Assembly (NCBI GenBank): GCA_036263035.1
Contig: DATAHR010000139.1
Span: 1 to 55,179, forward strand
Direction of reading: 5' to 3'
Length of the DNA stretch: 55,179 nt
DNA from: Gaiellales bacterium
GTDB lineage: Bacteria; Actinomycetota; Thermoleophilia; Gaiellales; JAICJC01
Below are positions 26,741-35,301 of the stretch, piece after piece. The notes beneath the pieces are model-generated. The model saw only the letters and a list, made by a program, of their open reading frames with translations. It was not told where the DNA came from and made no database searches. Position 1 is the first letter of the stretch. Every line of letters starts with the position of its first letter. A program made the position numbers and the translations under genes.

Positions 26741-27517
26741 ATGATGGCGATCAGTGCGCACGCGGGTCAGACCGCCCTCCTGGCCTGGTATGGGGAGCAC
26801 CGCCGCGACCTGCCCTGGCGCCGCACCCACGACCCGTACGCCATCCTCGTCTCCGAGGTGATGCTCCAGCAGACGCAGGTGTCGCGGGTCGTCCCCCGGT
26901 ACCTGGAATGGCTCGAGCGGTGGCCGACCGTGGAGGCACTGGCCGCCGCCTCGCCGGCCGACGTCATCCGCGCCTGGGCCGGACTCGGCTACAACCGGCG
27001 GGCGGTAAACCTCCACCGCTGCGCGCAGGAGGTCGCGCGTCGCGGCGAGTTCCCGCGCGACCCCGCCGAGCTGCGGAAGCTGCCCGGCCTCGGCCCCTAC
27101 ACCGCAGCAGCCATCGCCTGCTTCGCCTTCGGGACAGAGGTGGCAGCGCCCGACGTCAACGCGCGCCGGGTGCTCGGCCGCGCGTTTGGCGACCCCGATC
27201 TGCCGCCTCCCGAGGGCCGCGCCTACGACTGGAACCAGGCGCTGTTCGACCTCGGCAGCACGATCTGCATCGCGCGCCGTCCGCGGTGCGCGGCCTGTCC
27301 GCTGGCGGGCTCGTGCCCCTCGGCCGGGATGACGTTCGCCCCGGAGCGGAAGCAGTCGCCGTTTCACGGCTCATTTCGCCAGCGCCGAAGCGCTGTGCTG
27401 AAGCGCCTTGTCGCCGGGCCGCTGGACGTGTCGGAGCTGGACGGCGAGGCGCTGGCCGCGCTGGTGAAGGACGGCCTCGCCGTTGTCGACGGCGACATCG
27501 CGGCGCTGCCCGTTTAG
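26741..27517 (+). CDS. mutY: MutY-like adenine DNA glycosylase (HhH-GPD, 4Fe-4S), short form
   Basis: LLAWY..HRRDLPWR, EVMLQQTQV, LPGLGPYTAAAI, DVNARRV, cluster C-x6-C-x2-C-x5-C (CIARRPRCAACPLAGSC). Only about 60 aa follow the cluster. Confidence 0.8.
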   Translation: MMAISAHAGQTALLAWYGEHRRDLPWRRTHDPYAILVSEVMLQQTQVSRVVPRYLEWLERWPTVEALAAASPADVIRAWAGLGYNRRAVNLHRCAQEVARRGEFPRDPAELRKLPGLGPYTAAAIACFAFGTEVAAPDVNARRVLGRAFGDPDLPPPEGRAYDWNQALFDLGSTICIARRPRCAACPLAGSCPSAGMTFAPERKQSPFHGSFRQRRSAVLKRLVAGPLDVSELDGEALAALVKDGLAVVDGDIAALPV

Positions 27518-28206
27518 CGCCCGGCCAGCAGCCGGTCGACCAGGTCGGGCAGGTCGTGCAGCGACGCGATCTCGCCGTCCGGCCGGGCACCGGGCGGAGC
27601 GCCGACGCCCGAGCGGTTCAGCCACACCGCCAGCATGCCATACGCCTGGGCGCCCTCCACGTCGGTCACCATCTCGTCGCCGACGTGCACCCAACGCGCC
27701 GGATCCCGGCCCACCAGTTCCACCGCCCGCCGGAACGGCGCGGCGGCCGGCTTCGCCTCGCCCACCTCCTCGGCGTGAACGGTGAACGCGAACCGGGCCG
27801 CGAGCGGCAGCCGCTCGAACGGGAAGTTGCCGTTGGTGATGGCCCCGACGATGTGCCCGCGGCGCAGCAGCTCGTCGACCACCGGCTCCACATCCGAGTG
27901 CACGCCCACCACCCGGGCTCGGGCCGCCAGCAGCTCATCCGCCAGCCACTCTGCCAGCTGGGCGTCGTGATGCCCCACGGAGCGGAGCGCCCGACGCATC
28001 GACTCGCGCCGCAGCTCCTCCAGCGTCCCCTGCATCTCCTGCCCGACCAGCTCCCGGTGGCGGTGCAGATCCTCGACGGTCAGGCGGCCTTCGAGCTGGG
28101 GATGATGCCGCTCGAGCGACTCGATCGCCGCCGCCATCGCGCCCTCCATCATCGGCCCGAACTCCCACAGTGTGCCGTCGAGGTCGAAGGAGACGACGCC
28201 GGTCAT
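27514..28206 (-). CDS. HAD-superfamily hydrolase
   Basis: Motif I FDLDGTLW. Start at ATG 28206, in ATGA overlap with the ispF stop. Confidence 0.8.
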   Translation of the reverse strand: MTGVVSFDLDGTLWEFGPMMEGAMAAAIESLERHHPQLEGRLTVEDLHRHRELVGQEMQGTLEELRRESMRRALRSVGHHDAQLAEWLADELLAARARVVGVHSDVEPVVDELLRRGHIVGAITNGNFPFERLPLAARFAFTVHAEEVGEAKPAAAPFRRAVELVGRDPARWVHVGDEMVTDVEGAQAYGMLAVWLNRSGVGAPPGARPDGEIASLHDLPDLVDRLLAGR

Positions 28207-28700
28207 GCGGCTGCGCTGGGACCCCGCACCAGCGCGACCGCCTGGCATGCCGCTCCCTCCCCGCGCCCGACGAAGCCGAGCATGTCGGTGGTCGACGCAC
28301 GAACAGTCACGCTGTCGCGCTCCACGCCGAGCGCGGCCGCGAGCGACGTTCGCATCGCGTCACGATGCGGCGAGAGCCGCGGCTCCTGCATCACCACGAC
28401 GGCGTCGACGTTGACGATGCTCCAGCCCTGCGCCTCGAGCGAGCTCCAGGCGCGCCGCAGCAGCTGGATGCTGGAGGCGCCCTCGAGCGCCGGGTCGTCC
28501 GACGGGAACAGCGCACCGATATCCTCGCCGCCGCAGGCCCCGAGCAGTGCGTCCGTGACCGCGTGACAGACGAGGTCGGCGTCCGAGTGGCCTGCCAGGC
28601 CGCGGTCGCTCGGGATCTCGACCCCTGCGAGGATCAGCCGGCGGCCGTCCGCGAAGGCGTGCGCGTCGAAGCCGATCCCCACCCGCATGCCCTCGGTCAT
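28203..28700 (-). CDS. ispF: 2-C-methyl-D-erythritol 2,4-cyclodiphosphate synthase
   Basis: GIGFDAHAF, GHSDADLVCHA, length 165 aa. Confidence 0.95.
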   Translation of the reverse strand: MTEGMRVGIGFDAHAFADGRRLILAGVEIPSDRGLAGHSDADLVCHAVTDALLGACGGEDIGALFPSDDPALEGASSIQLLRRAWSSLEAQGWSIVNVDAVVVMQEPRLSPHRDAMRTSLAAALGVERDSVTVRASTTDMLGFVGRGEGAACQAVALVRGPSAAA

Positions 28701-29395
28701 CCGGCCGCTCCCGCCAGCCGCTCCCTGGCTCGCTCGAGATCGGCCGCGGTCGTGATCTTGATGTTGTCCGGTTCGCCGGAGACGACCGCGACGGAGCCGC
28801 CCGACGCCTCCACCAGCGACGCGCAGTCAGTGGCCGCGGCGATCACCTCGGGCGGCTGGGCATACGCCCGGCGAAGCGTCGCCGCCGTGAACGCCTGAGG
28901 GGTCTGCACGGCGACCAGCTGCGACCGGTCGGGGGTCTCGGCCACGCGGCCGCCCTCGACCCGCTTGATCGTGTCGGCCACCGGCACGCCCGGCACCGCG
29001 CCGTCGGCATCGCCCAGGGCTGCCAGCACCGCGGAGACGAGCTCGGCGGATGCGAACGGCCGCGCCGCGTCATGCACGAGGATCAGGTCGGTGTCGTCCG
29101 GCACCTCGGCCAGGCCCGCCGCGACGGAGTGCGACCGGGTGGCGCCGCCCGCCACCGCCGCGGTCACCTTCCCGGCCGCGAGGTCATCGGCCAGCAGGGA
29201 GGCCGGCTCCTCCCAGCCCTCGGGCACCACCAGCACGACCCCGTCGATCGCCGGGTGCTCCTCGAGCAGCTCCACGGAATGGGCCAGCAGCACCCTGTCG
29301 CCGAGCGCCACGAACGCCTTCGGCCGGTCGGCGCCGAGCCTGGCACCGTCGCCCGCACCGACGACGATCGCCCACGCCGAGAGCAGGTCGGCCAC
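28697..29395 (-). CDS. ispD: 2-C-methyl-D-erythritol 4-phosphate cytidylyltransferase
   Basis: VVGAGDGARLG N-terminal nucleotide-binding loop. VHDAARPF. 4-nt overlap with ispF. Confidence 0.9.
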   Translation of the reverse strand: MADLLSAWAIVVGAGDGARLGADRPKAFVALGDRVLLAHSVELLEEHPAIDGVVLVVPEGWEEPASLLADDLAAGKVTAAVAGGATRSHSVAAGLAEVPDDTDLILVHDAARPFASAELVSAVLAALGDADGAVPGVPVADTIKRVEGGRVAETPDRSQLVAVQTPQAFTAATLRRAYAQPPEVIAAATDCASLVEASGGSVAVVSGEPDNIKITTAADLERARERLAGAAG

Positions 29396-29399
29396 TGGC

Positions 29400-30458
29400 T
29401 CAGCCGCCGTCGTCGGCGATCTTCGTGAAGATGATCTTGCCCGACGGCTGCTGGAGCACCGACGTCACCTGCACACCCAGCGTCTCCCCGATCCGCTCGC
29501 GGGCGCGCTCGACCACGACCATCGTGCCGTCGTCCAGATAGCCAACGCCCTGGTTCTGCTCCTTGCCCTCCTTGATCAGGAGCACGTCCAGCCGCTCGCC
29601 GGGCAGCACCGCCGGCTTCAGCGCGTTCGCGAGGTCGTTGACGTTCAGCACCTGGACATCCTGGATCTGAGCCAGCCGGTTCAGGTTGAAGTCGGTCGTC
29701 AGGATCGCCATGCCGCGCTCCTTCGCGAGCTTCAGCAGCTTCGCATCGACGTCCGGCACCTGCGGGAAGTCCACGTCCGGTGTGGCAACGCTGACGTCGC
29801 TGCGCAGGTCCTGGACGACCTGAAGCCCCCGCCGGCCGCGCGCTCGCTTCAGCGGATCGGCCGAGTCGGCCACCTGCTGCAACTCCTTCAGCACGAACTC
29901 CGGAACCACCAGCTCGCCCCCGAGGAAGCCCGTACGGACGATGTCGGCGATGCGGCCGTCGATGATGGCGCTGGTGTCGACCAGCGTGGAGCTGCCGTTC
30001 GAGCCGCGCTCGCCGTCCGCATCTCCGAGCGAGTGGACGCCCACCAGGCGAAGGATGCCGCGGTGCTTGCGCGCGGCCGTGAAGGCGAACAGGTACCCGA
30101 GCACCAGCACCATCGGCAGGAGCACCCAGTTGCCGATATATGGCAGCGCATGCACCGGCAGGTACAGAAGCGCTGACACCAGCAGGCCCACCAACAGGCC
30201 AATGGCGCCGACCGTCAGCTCACCGGCGCTGCGAGATTGTGTTGCCCGTTCGATTCTCTTGAACCCGCGCGCGAGTCCCTTCCCGACGAGCCCGCCGACC
30301 ATCCAGCCGACGGCGAACGCGAGGAAGACGATGATGCCGAACGTGGCGTACGCGTAAGAAGACGAATCGAAACGGTTGACCAGATCTAAAGAACGGCCAG
30401 CGTATACGGCACCAAGCGCACTCAAGAGAGACAGGACGATTCGTGAGACGAGAATCAT
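29400..30458 (-). CDS. yacL: membrane-anchored PIN/TRAM-domain protein (YacL-like)
   Basis: N-terminal TM helices, PIN core (LVDTSAIIDGRI), C-terminal TRAM-like beta domain. Conserved position upstream of ispD. Confidence 0.85.
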   Translation of the reverse strand: MILVSRIVLSLLSALGAVYAGRSLDLVNRFDSSSYAYATFGIIVFLAFAVGWMVGGLVGKGLARGFKRIERATQSRSAGELTVGAIGLLVGLLVSALLYLPVHALPYIGNWVLLPMVLVLGYLFAFTAARKHRGILRLVGVHSLGDADGERGSNGSSTLVDTSAIIDGRIADIVRTGFLGGELVVPEFVLKELQQVADSADPLKRARGRRGLQVVQDLRSDVSVATPDVDFPQVPDVDAKLLKLAKERGMAILTTDFNLNRLAQIQDVQVLNVNDLANALKPAVLPGERLDVLLIKEGKEQNQGVGYLDDGTMVVVERARERIGETLGVQVTSVLQQPSGKIIFTKIADDGG

Positions 30459-30546
30459 CGCCTGCTCCTCCTCAGGAGGCGGTCATGTGGTCCGTCCGCC
30501 GGCTGGGCCCGCAAGCCTCCGGCGCCGAACCAGGGTTAAAGCGCGT

Positions 30547-31041
30547 CTAGGCGCGGGCCTTGCGGGCCGCGCCGATCTCCTCCAGCACCTCCTCGAGGTA
30601 CTCGCGCGCTTCCTCCTCCTCCATGCCCTTGGCATACATCAGCTCCGAGGCGAGGATGCGCTTGGCCTTCGAGAACATCTGCTTCTCGCCCGTGGAGAGG
30701 CCCTTTTCCTGGTCACGCTGCGCCAGATTGCGGACGACCTCCGCGAGCTCGAAGATGTCCCCCGTCTTCATCTTGTCCCGGTTGTGCTTGAACCGGCGGT
30801 TCCAGTTCTTCGGCATCTTGGTGCCGTCACCGCCCAGCACACCGAGCACCTCGTCGACCGTTTCCTCGCCGATCACCTTGCGCAGACCGGCCCGGTCCGC
30901 GCTGTCGGACGGGATCATCACGGTCATATCGTTGTGGATGATCTGGATGGTCAGGTATTCGCGTCCGTCACGCTCTTCCTTCTTCACGATCGTGCCCGCG
31001 CCGTGATGCGGGTACACGACCTTGTCCCCAACTTCATACAC
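30547..31041 (-). CDS. carD: CarD/CdnL-family RNA-polymerase-binding regulator
   Basis: VYEVGDKVVYPHHGAGTIV Tudor-like N-terminus. 164 aa from GTG 31041, with GGAGGAGG upstream. Confidence 0.9.
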   Translation of the reverse strand: MYEVGDKVVYPHHGAGTIVKKEERDGREYLTIQIIHNDMTVMIPSDSADRAGLRKVIGEETVDEVLGVLGGDGTKMPKNWNRRFKHNRDKMKTGDIFELAEVVRNLAQRDQEKGLSTGEKQMFSKAKRILASELMYAKGMEEEEAREYLEEVLEEIGAARKARA

Positions 31042-31251
31042 GTGACGTCTGACCTCCTCCGCCGTGGGACCGGCAGTTTTTGTACCCCAAGAGGGGTAAA
31101 TGATATCAGACCACGCCTCTGAGGGCGAGCCGGGGCGAGCATGCGGAACCGCTCGCAACAACCGGTGGTACTAACGGAAACCAGTATTTCTAGGCATTAG
31201 CCGTTATCTACCTAATGCGTATCATCCTGACCGCGCGTTAGGATATCGCAC

Positions 31252-31755
31252 ATGCTTGCGTTGGAACTCTGCGACCCCTCCGTCGACGGGGACCTCGCCG
31301 ACCCCACGGCCGCGGGACGCTGGCTCCGCACCCACGGGCTGCGGGCCGACCTCAACGCCGACAGACTGGCAGATCTGCGGACACTGCGAGACGCGATCGA
31401 CGCGCTGCTGCGCGCCGCCGCCGCCAACACCGCTCCCCCGGCGAGCGCCCTCGACGAGCTGAACGCGCGCAGCGCCGCGGCGGCGGCCTGCCTGCAGCTG
31501 AACTGGCCGGCGGCCGGGGTGCCGCGGATGTGGCTGAGCACCCCCGGCGGGCCGGAAGCCTCGGCGCTGGGAGCGGTCGCACGGTCGGCAATCGAGCTGC
31601 TCTCGGGCCGCGACCGGGAACGGCTGCGCGTCTGCGGCGCGCACGGCTGCGAGCGCCTGTTCATCGCCGCCACTCCGCGCCGGCGGTGGTGCTCACCTGC
31701 CTGCGGCAACCGCGTCCGGGTCGCCCGGCACGCGGCTCGCCGAGCCGCCGGCTGA
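31252..31755 (+). CDS. CGNR zinc-finger (ABATE-type) protein
   Basis: C-terminal C-x4-C ... RRWCSPACGNRVRVARH. TAGGAT lies 7 nt upstream of the ATG. Confidence 0.85.
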   Translation: MLALELCDPSVDGDLADPTAAGRWLRTHGLRADLNADRLADLRTLRDAIDALLRAAAANTAPPASALDELNARSAAAAACLQLNWPAAGVPRMWLSTPGGPEASALGAVARSAIELLSGRDRERLRVCGAHGCERLFIAATPRRRWCSPACGNRVRVARHAARRAAG

Positions 31756-31810
31756 CAGCCGAGGGATGAACCCGACGCCGCCGCGTCGCGACCGGCGCAC
31801 CATCCAGTCC

Positions 31811-32824
31811 ATGCGGCTCCGACTCGTGATCGTCGTCATCGCAGCCACCGCGCTCGGCGCAGGGTGCACCGCGGCTGCCCCGCCGACACGGGAAGCCCGC
31901 CTGGGAACGCTGCCGGATCGCGGGGCGGTGCTCTACTCGTGGTCGTCCGACGGGTTCCTCCTTTCGATCGAGAGCAGCGCGGTCAGGGGTCGGCAGCCGT
32001 ACCAACGCGCACAGATGACACAGACAGACCACCGGCAGGTGCTCCACGTGGCGCAGGACGGCCGCGCGGTGGTGATCAACGACTACCACGAGGACGGCCG
32101 CCAGGGGACGTACGTACGCTGGTCATCCCAGGGTCACATCCACACCGGCCGGCTGCTGCGGATCCCCGTCTCTGCTGCCGAGATCTCACTGTGCGGATCG
32201 CGCGCTGTCGTCTACGCCGCCGCCGACGGTGTGGTGACTCGTCACCTGCCAGGCAGAGCGCGGCCGATCAGCGCACCTGTCCGGCCTGCGCTGATCGAGT
32301 GCTCTCCGCGGGGGTGGATCGCAGCGCTGAACGGGCATGGAGACCTGATGATCGGATCCGAGGATGGGCTGTCCACGATCGACCCTGGAATGCGACTCAC
32401 CGGCCTTGAATGGTCGCCTGACGGCGCACGGTTGGCGGCGTGCACGGAAGCGGGAGACCTCGTGCTCCTGTCGGCCGACGGAACGCTGGAGTCGACCGTT
32501 GCCCGAACCGGCGTGCCCTGCCAGCCAGCATGGTCGCCGGACGGAAGGCGTCTCGCCTTCACCCGGGCCGGTCGCCTGCTCGTTACCTGCTCGTGCGGCG
32601 GTGAGCCGCACGTCGTGACTGCGGACGTCGGCGCGACCAGCCCGGTGTGGTCGCCAGCCGGAACGGCGATCGCGTACGGCGAGCTGTTCGCCGGCGTCAG
32701 TGCCGTCGTGTATTCGACGCGCCGGACTGTCGTCGTGGCCCATGACGGCTTTCCGTTGGCCTGGTTGGATCCCTCCGCCGCGCGCCGCGCATCCGCGCTG
32801 GCCGATTCCTACCCCTGCTGCTAG
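31811..32824 (+). CDS. lipoprotein with TolB-like (PD40) beta-propeller repeats
   Basis: MRLRLVIVVIAATALGAGC lipobox. Repeats WSPDGARLA, WSPDGRRLAF and WSPAGTAIAY. Confidence 0.7.
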   Translation: MRLRLVIVVIAATALGAGCTAAAPPTREARLGTLPDRGAVLYSWSSDGFLLSIESSAVRGRQPYQRAQMTQTDHRQVLHVAQDGRAVVINDYHEDGRQGTYVRWSSQGHIHTGRLLRIPVSAAEISLCGSRAVVYAAADGVVTRHLPGRARPISAPVRPALIECSPRGWIAALNGHGDLMIGSEDGLSTIDPGMRLTGLEWSPDGARLAACTEAGDLVLLSADGTLESTVARTGVPCQPAWSPDGRRLAFTRAGRLLVTCSCGGEPHVVTADVGATSPVWSPAGTAIAYGELFAGVSAVVYSTRRTVVVAHDGFPLAWLDPSAARRASALADSYPCC

Positions 32825-33915
32825 AGGTTGAGGTAGCGATCGACCAAGTTCTGCTCCTGAAGGCGGCGGAGCCCCTCCCGGATCTCGCGAGCGCGGACGG
32901 AGCCGACGCCGTCGACCTCCTCCAGCTCCTCCACCGACGCCCGAACGAACGCCTCGAGCCCGTTGAAGTAGCCCACCACGTGGTCGACGACGTGCTCGGG
33001 CAGCCGCGGGATCTTCGACAGCACCCGGTACCCCCGCGGGGCAACCGCGTAGTCCATCGGGTTGACGGTGCGCGGGTATCCCAGCGCGGCGGCCAGCTCG
33101 TCGAACTCCAGCAGCTGCTGATCGGGCAGGGAGGCGAGATGCGACAGCACCCGGTCGGCCCCGCCTGTCGCCTCGTAGATCTCGTAGTCGCGGATGAGTG
33201 CGAGCTTGTCGGCCGGCACCCACTCGGTCATCTCGTTCAGCTGGATCTTGATCAGGCGGCCCTCGACCCCCAGCTCGACCACGTTGCGCTCGATCTCGTC
33301 CACCATGCGCGTGGTCATCTCCGCGCGCTGCACCGCTGTCAGGACGTCGTCCAGCATGACGGCGCTCTGGAACTCGAGCGCGGTCAGCCGCGTCGAGATC
33401 TGCTCCAGCCGGGAGCGGTAGGTGTCGAGCGTCGTGAGCGCCTGGTTCGTCTTGGCCAGCACGGCCGGGATCTCCTCGAGCTGGTAGCGCGAGTCGCCCA
33501 CGTACACGGTGACGACGTCGCGCTGCTGGCTGATGGACACCGCCAGCGCCCCGGTCTGCTTCGCGACGCGCTCGGCGGTGCGGTGCCGCGTGCCCGTCTC
33601 GGCCGACGGGATGGTGGGATCCGGCATCAGCTGGACGTTGGCGTACACGATCCGGGTCGCGTTCGAGTTGAGGATGATCGCCCCATCCATCTTCGCCAGC
33701 TCGTAGAGCAGGTAGGGCGAGAAGGCCTGGTCGAGCCGGATCCCGCCCGAGAACAGAAACGACAGCTCGGCCGGCTCGCCGATCACGATCAGGGCGCCCT
33801 CGCTGCCGCGCAGGATGTCGTTGATCCCCTGCCGCATGGTCGTTCCCGGCGCGATCCGCCCGAGCGCATCCATCAGCTTGGGATCCTGCCGGGGGTCGGA
33901 CACCACGTCGCTCAC
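32821..33915 (-). CDS. disA: DNA integrity scanning protein / diadenylate cyclase
   Basis: IAPGTTMRQGINDILRGSEGALIVIG, DGAII, TRHRTAER, C-terminal HhH. GTG 33915 in GTGA overlap with the radA stop. The track ORF is over-extended. Confidence 0.9.
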   Translation of the reverse strand: MSDVVSDPRQDPKLMDALGRIAPGTTMRQGINDILRGSEGALIVIGEPAELSFLFSGGIRLDQAFSPYLLYELAKMDGAIILNSNATRIVYANVQLMPDPTIPSAETGTRHRTAERVAKQTGALAVSISQQRDVVTVYVGDSRYQLEEIPAVLAKTNQALTTLDTYRSRLEQISTRLTALEFQSAVMLDDVLTAVQRAEMTTRMVDEIERNVVELGVEGRLIKIQLNEMTEWVPADKLALIRDYEIYEATGGADRVLSHLASLPDQQLLEFDELAAALGYPRTVNPMDYAVAPRGYRVLSKIPRLPEHVVDHVVGYFNGLEAFVRASVEELEEVDGVGSVRAREIREGLRRLQEQNLVDRYLNL

Positions 33916-35252
33916 GCGAATGCCTCCTCGATCGCCTGCTGCACGGTGGCGGCCGTACGGACGGCAACGCCTGCGACCGAAACGGTACCAGGCGGAGCGA
34001 GCGCCTCGCGGGAGCCGAGCTTGGCCGCCTCCCGCAGCCGGCGCTCGGCCTGACCGACCACACGCACGCCTCCGGTGAGGCCGATCTCGCCGAAGCAGGC
34101 AAGGCCGTCGCGCGGCGGAACGCCGCGATGGGCCGACACGATGGCGATCGCGACCGCCAGGTCGGCGGCCGGCTCGTCGACGCGGACGCCTCCGGCCACG
34201 TTGACGAAGATATCGCTCGCGCCGAGCGCGACGCCGGCATGCCGCCCCAGCACTGCGACGATCATCGAGAGCCGGTTGCGGTCGATGCCAGTGGCTGCGC
34301 GGCGGGGCATGGCGAGATCGCTGGGAGCGACCAGCGCCTGCAACTCGAGCAGGATCGGCCGACTGCCCTCGATCGCCGGCAGCAGCACGGAGCCCGGGCC
34401 GGCCGGCCCGTCGCACGCGAACGCGGCGGACGGGTCGGAGACGGGCTCGAGCCCGCGATCCGTCATCTCGAAGATGCCGATCTCGTTCGTCGAGCCGAAC
34501 CGGTTCTTGACCGCGCGGAGTACGCGCAGAAAGCGGTAGCGGTCGCCCTCCAGCTGCAGTACGGCGTCGACCAGGTGCTCGAGCACGCGCGGGCCGGCGA
34601 CGGCGCCCTCCTTGGTGACGTGCCCGACCAGCACGATCGTGACGCCGTGCCCCTTTGCCACGCGGAGCAGGCGGTCGGCCGCCTCGCGCACCTGGGCCAC
34701 GCTCCCGGCCGCGGACGAGAGCTCTGCCGAGCAGAGCGTCTGCACGGAGTCGATCACGCACACCTCCGGGCGGACGGCCGCGATCGTCTCGCACACCGTC
34801 TCGAGCTCGGTCTCGGCCAGGATCGCGATGTGGTCGACGGCTCCGATGCGCTCCGCCCGCATCCGCACCTGCGCGGGGGATTCCTCTCCCGAGACCAGCA
34901 GCGTCGAGCGGCCGGCCTGGCCGATCGCACCCAGCGCCTGGAGCAGCAGCGAGCTCTTGCCGACTCCGGGCTCACCGCCGACCAGGACGAGCGAGCCGGA
35001 GACGAGGCCGCCGCCGAGCACCCGGTCGAACTCCGCGCTCCCGGTGGAGATGCGGCGGGCGCCGTCGAGCTCGACCTCAGCCAGCGGCCGCGGCTCCCGG
35101 CGCGCGGGACGCTTGGCGCCGTTCGCGGCGGCCCGCTCGCGCACCTCCTCGACCAGCGTGTTCCACTCGCCGCAGCCGGTGCAGCGACCGAGCCAGCGCG
35201 GGCTCTCAAAGCCGCAAGCGGTGCAGGTGAAGGCGGTAAGGGTGCGTGCCAT
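33912..35252 (-). CDS. radA: DNA repair protein RadA
   Basis: Zinc finger CTACGFESPRWLGRCTGCGEWNT, Walker A GGEPGVGKSS, KNRFG, Lon-like C-terminus. Start ATG 35252. Confidence 0.95.
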   Translation of the reverse strand: MARTLTAFTCTACGFESPRWLGRCTGCGEWNTLVEEVRERAAANGAKRPARREPRPLAEVELDGARRISTGSAEFDRVLGGGLVSGSLVLVGGEPGVGKSSLLLQALGAIGQAGRSTLLVSGEESPAQVRMRAERIGAVDHIAILAETELETVCETIAAVRPEVCVIDSVQTLCSAELSSAAGSVAQVREAADRLLRVAKGHGVTIVLVGHVTKEGAVAGPRVLEHLVDAVLQLEGDRYRFLRVLRAVKNRFGSTNEIGIFEMTDRGLEPVSDPSAAFACDGPAGPGSVLLPAIEGSRPILLELQALVAPSDLAMPRRAATGIDRNRLSMIVAVLGRHAGVALGASDIFVNVAGGVRVDEPAADLAVAIAIVSAHRGVPPRDGLACFGEIGLTGGVRVVGQAERRLREAAKLGSREALAPPGTVSVAGVAVRTAATVQQAIEEAFA

Positions 35253-35301
35253 GGAGGGCCCACTAGTGTGGCAGCGGCCGCGGACGCCGCCCGGCTCGCG
35301 G

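Noticed and set aside
33916-34794. N-terminal extensions of track ORFs (disA to 34794, radA to 35549, clpC to 43430, greA to 46324, carD to 31161, the ADH to 20032, rbsK to 7415, the SARP to 47790, and others)
   Set aside because: The extensions are Arg/Pro-rich, overlap the upstream gene, and precede well-known conserved N-termini that have their own start codons, SD or -10 signals, or 4-nt start/stop overlaps.
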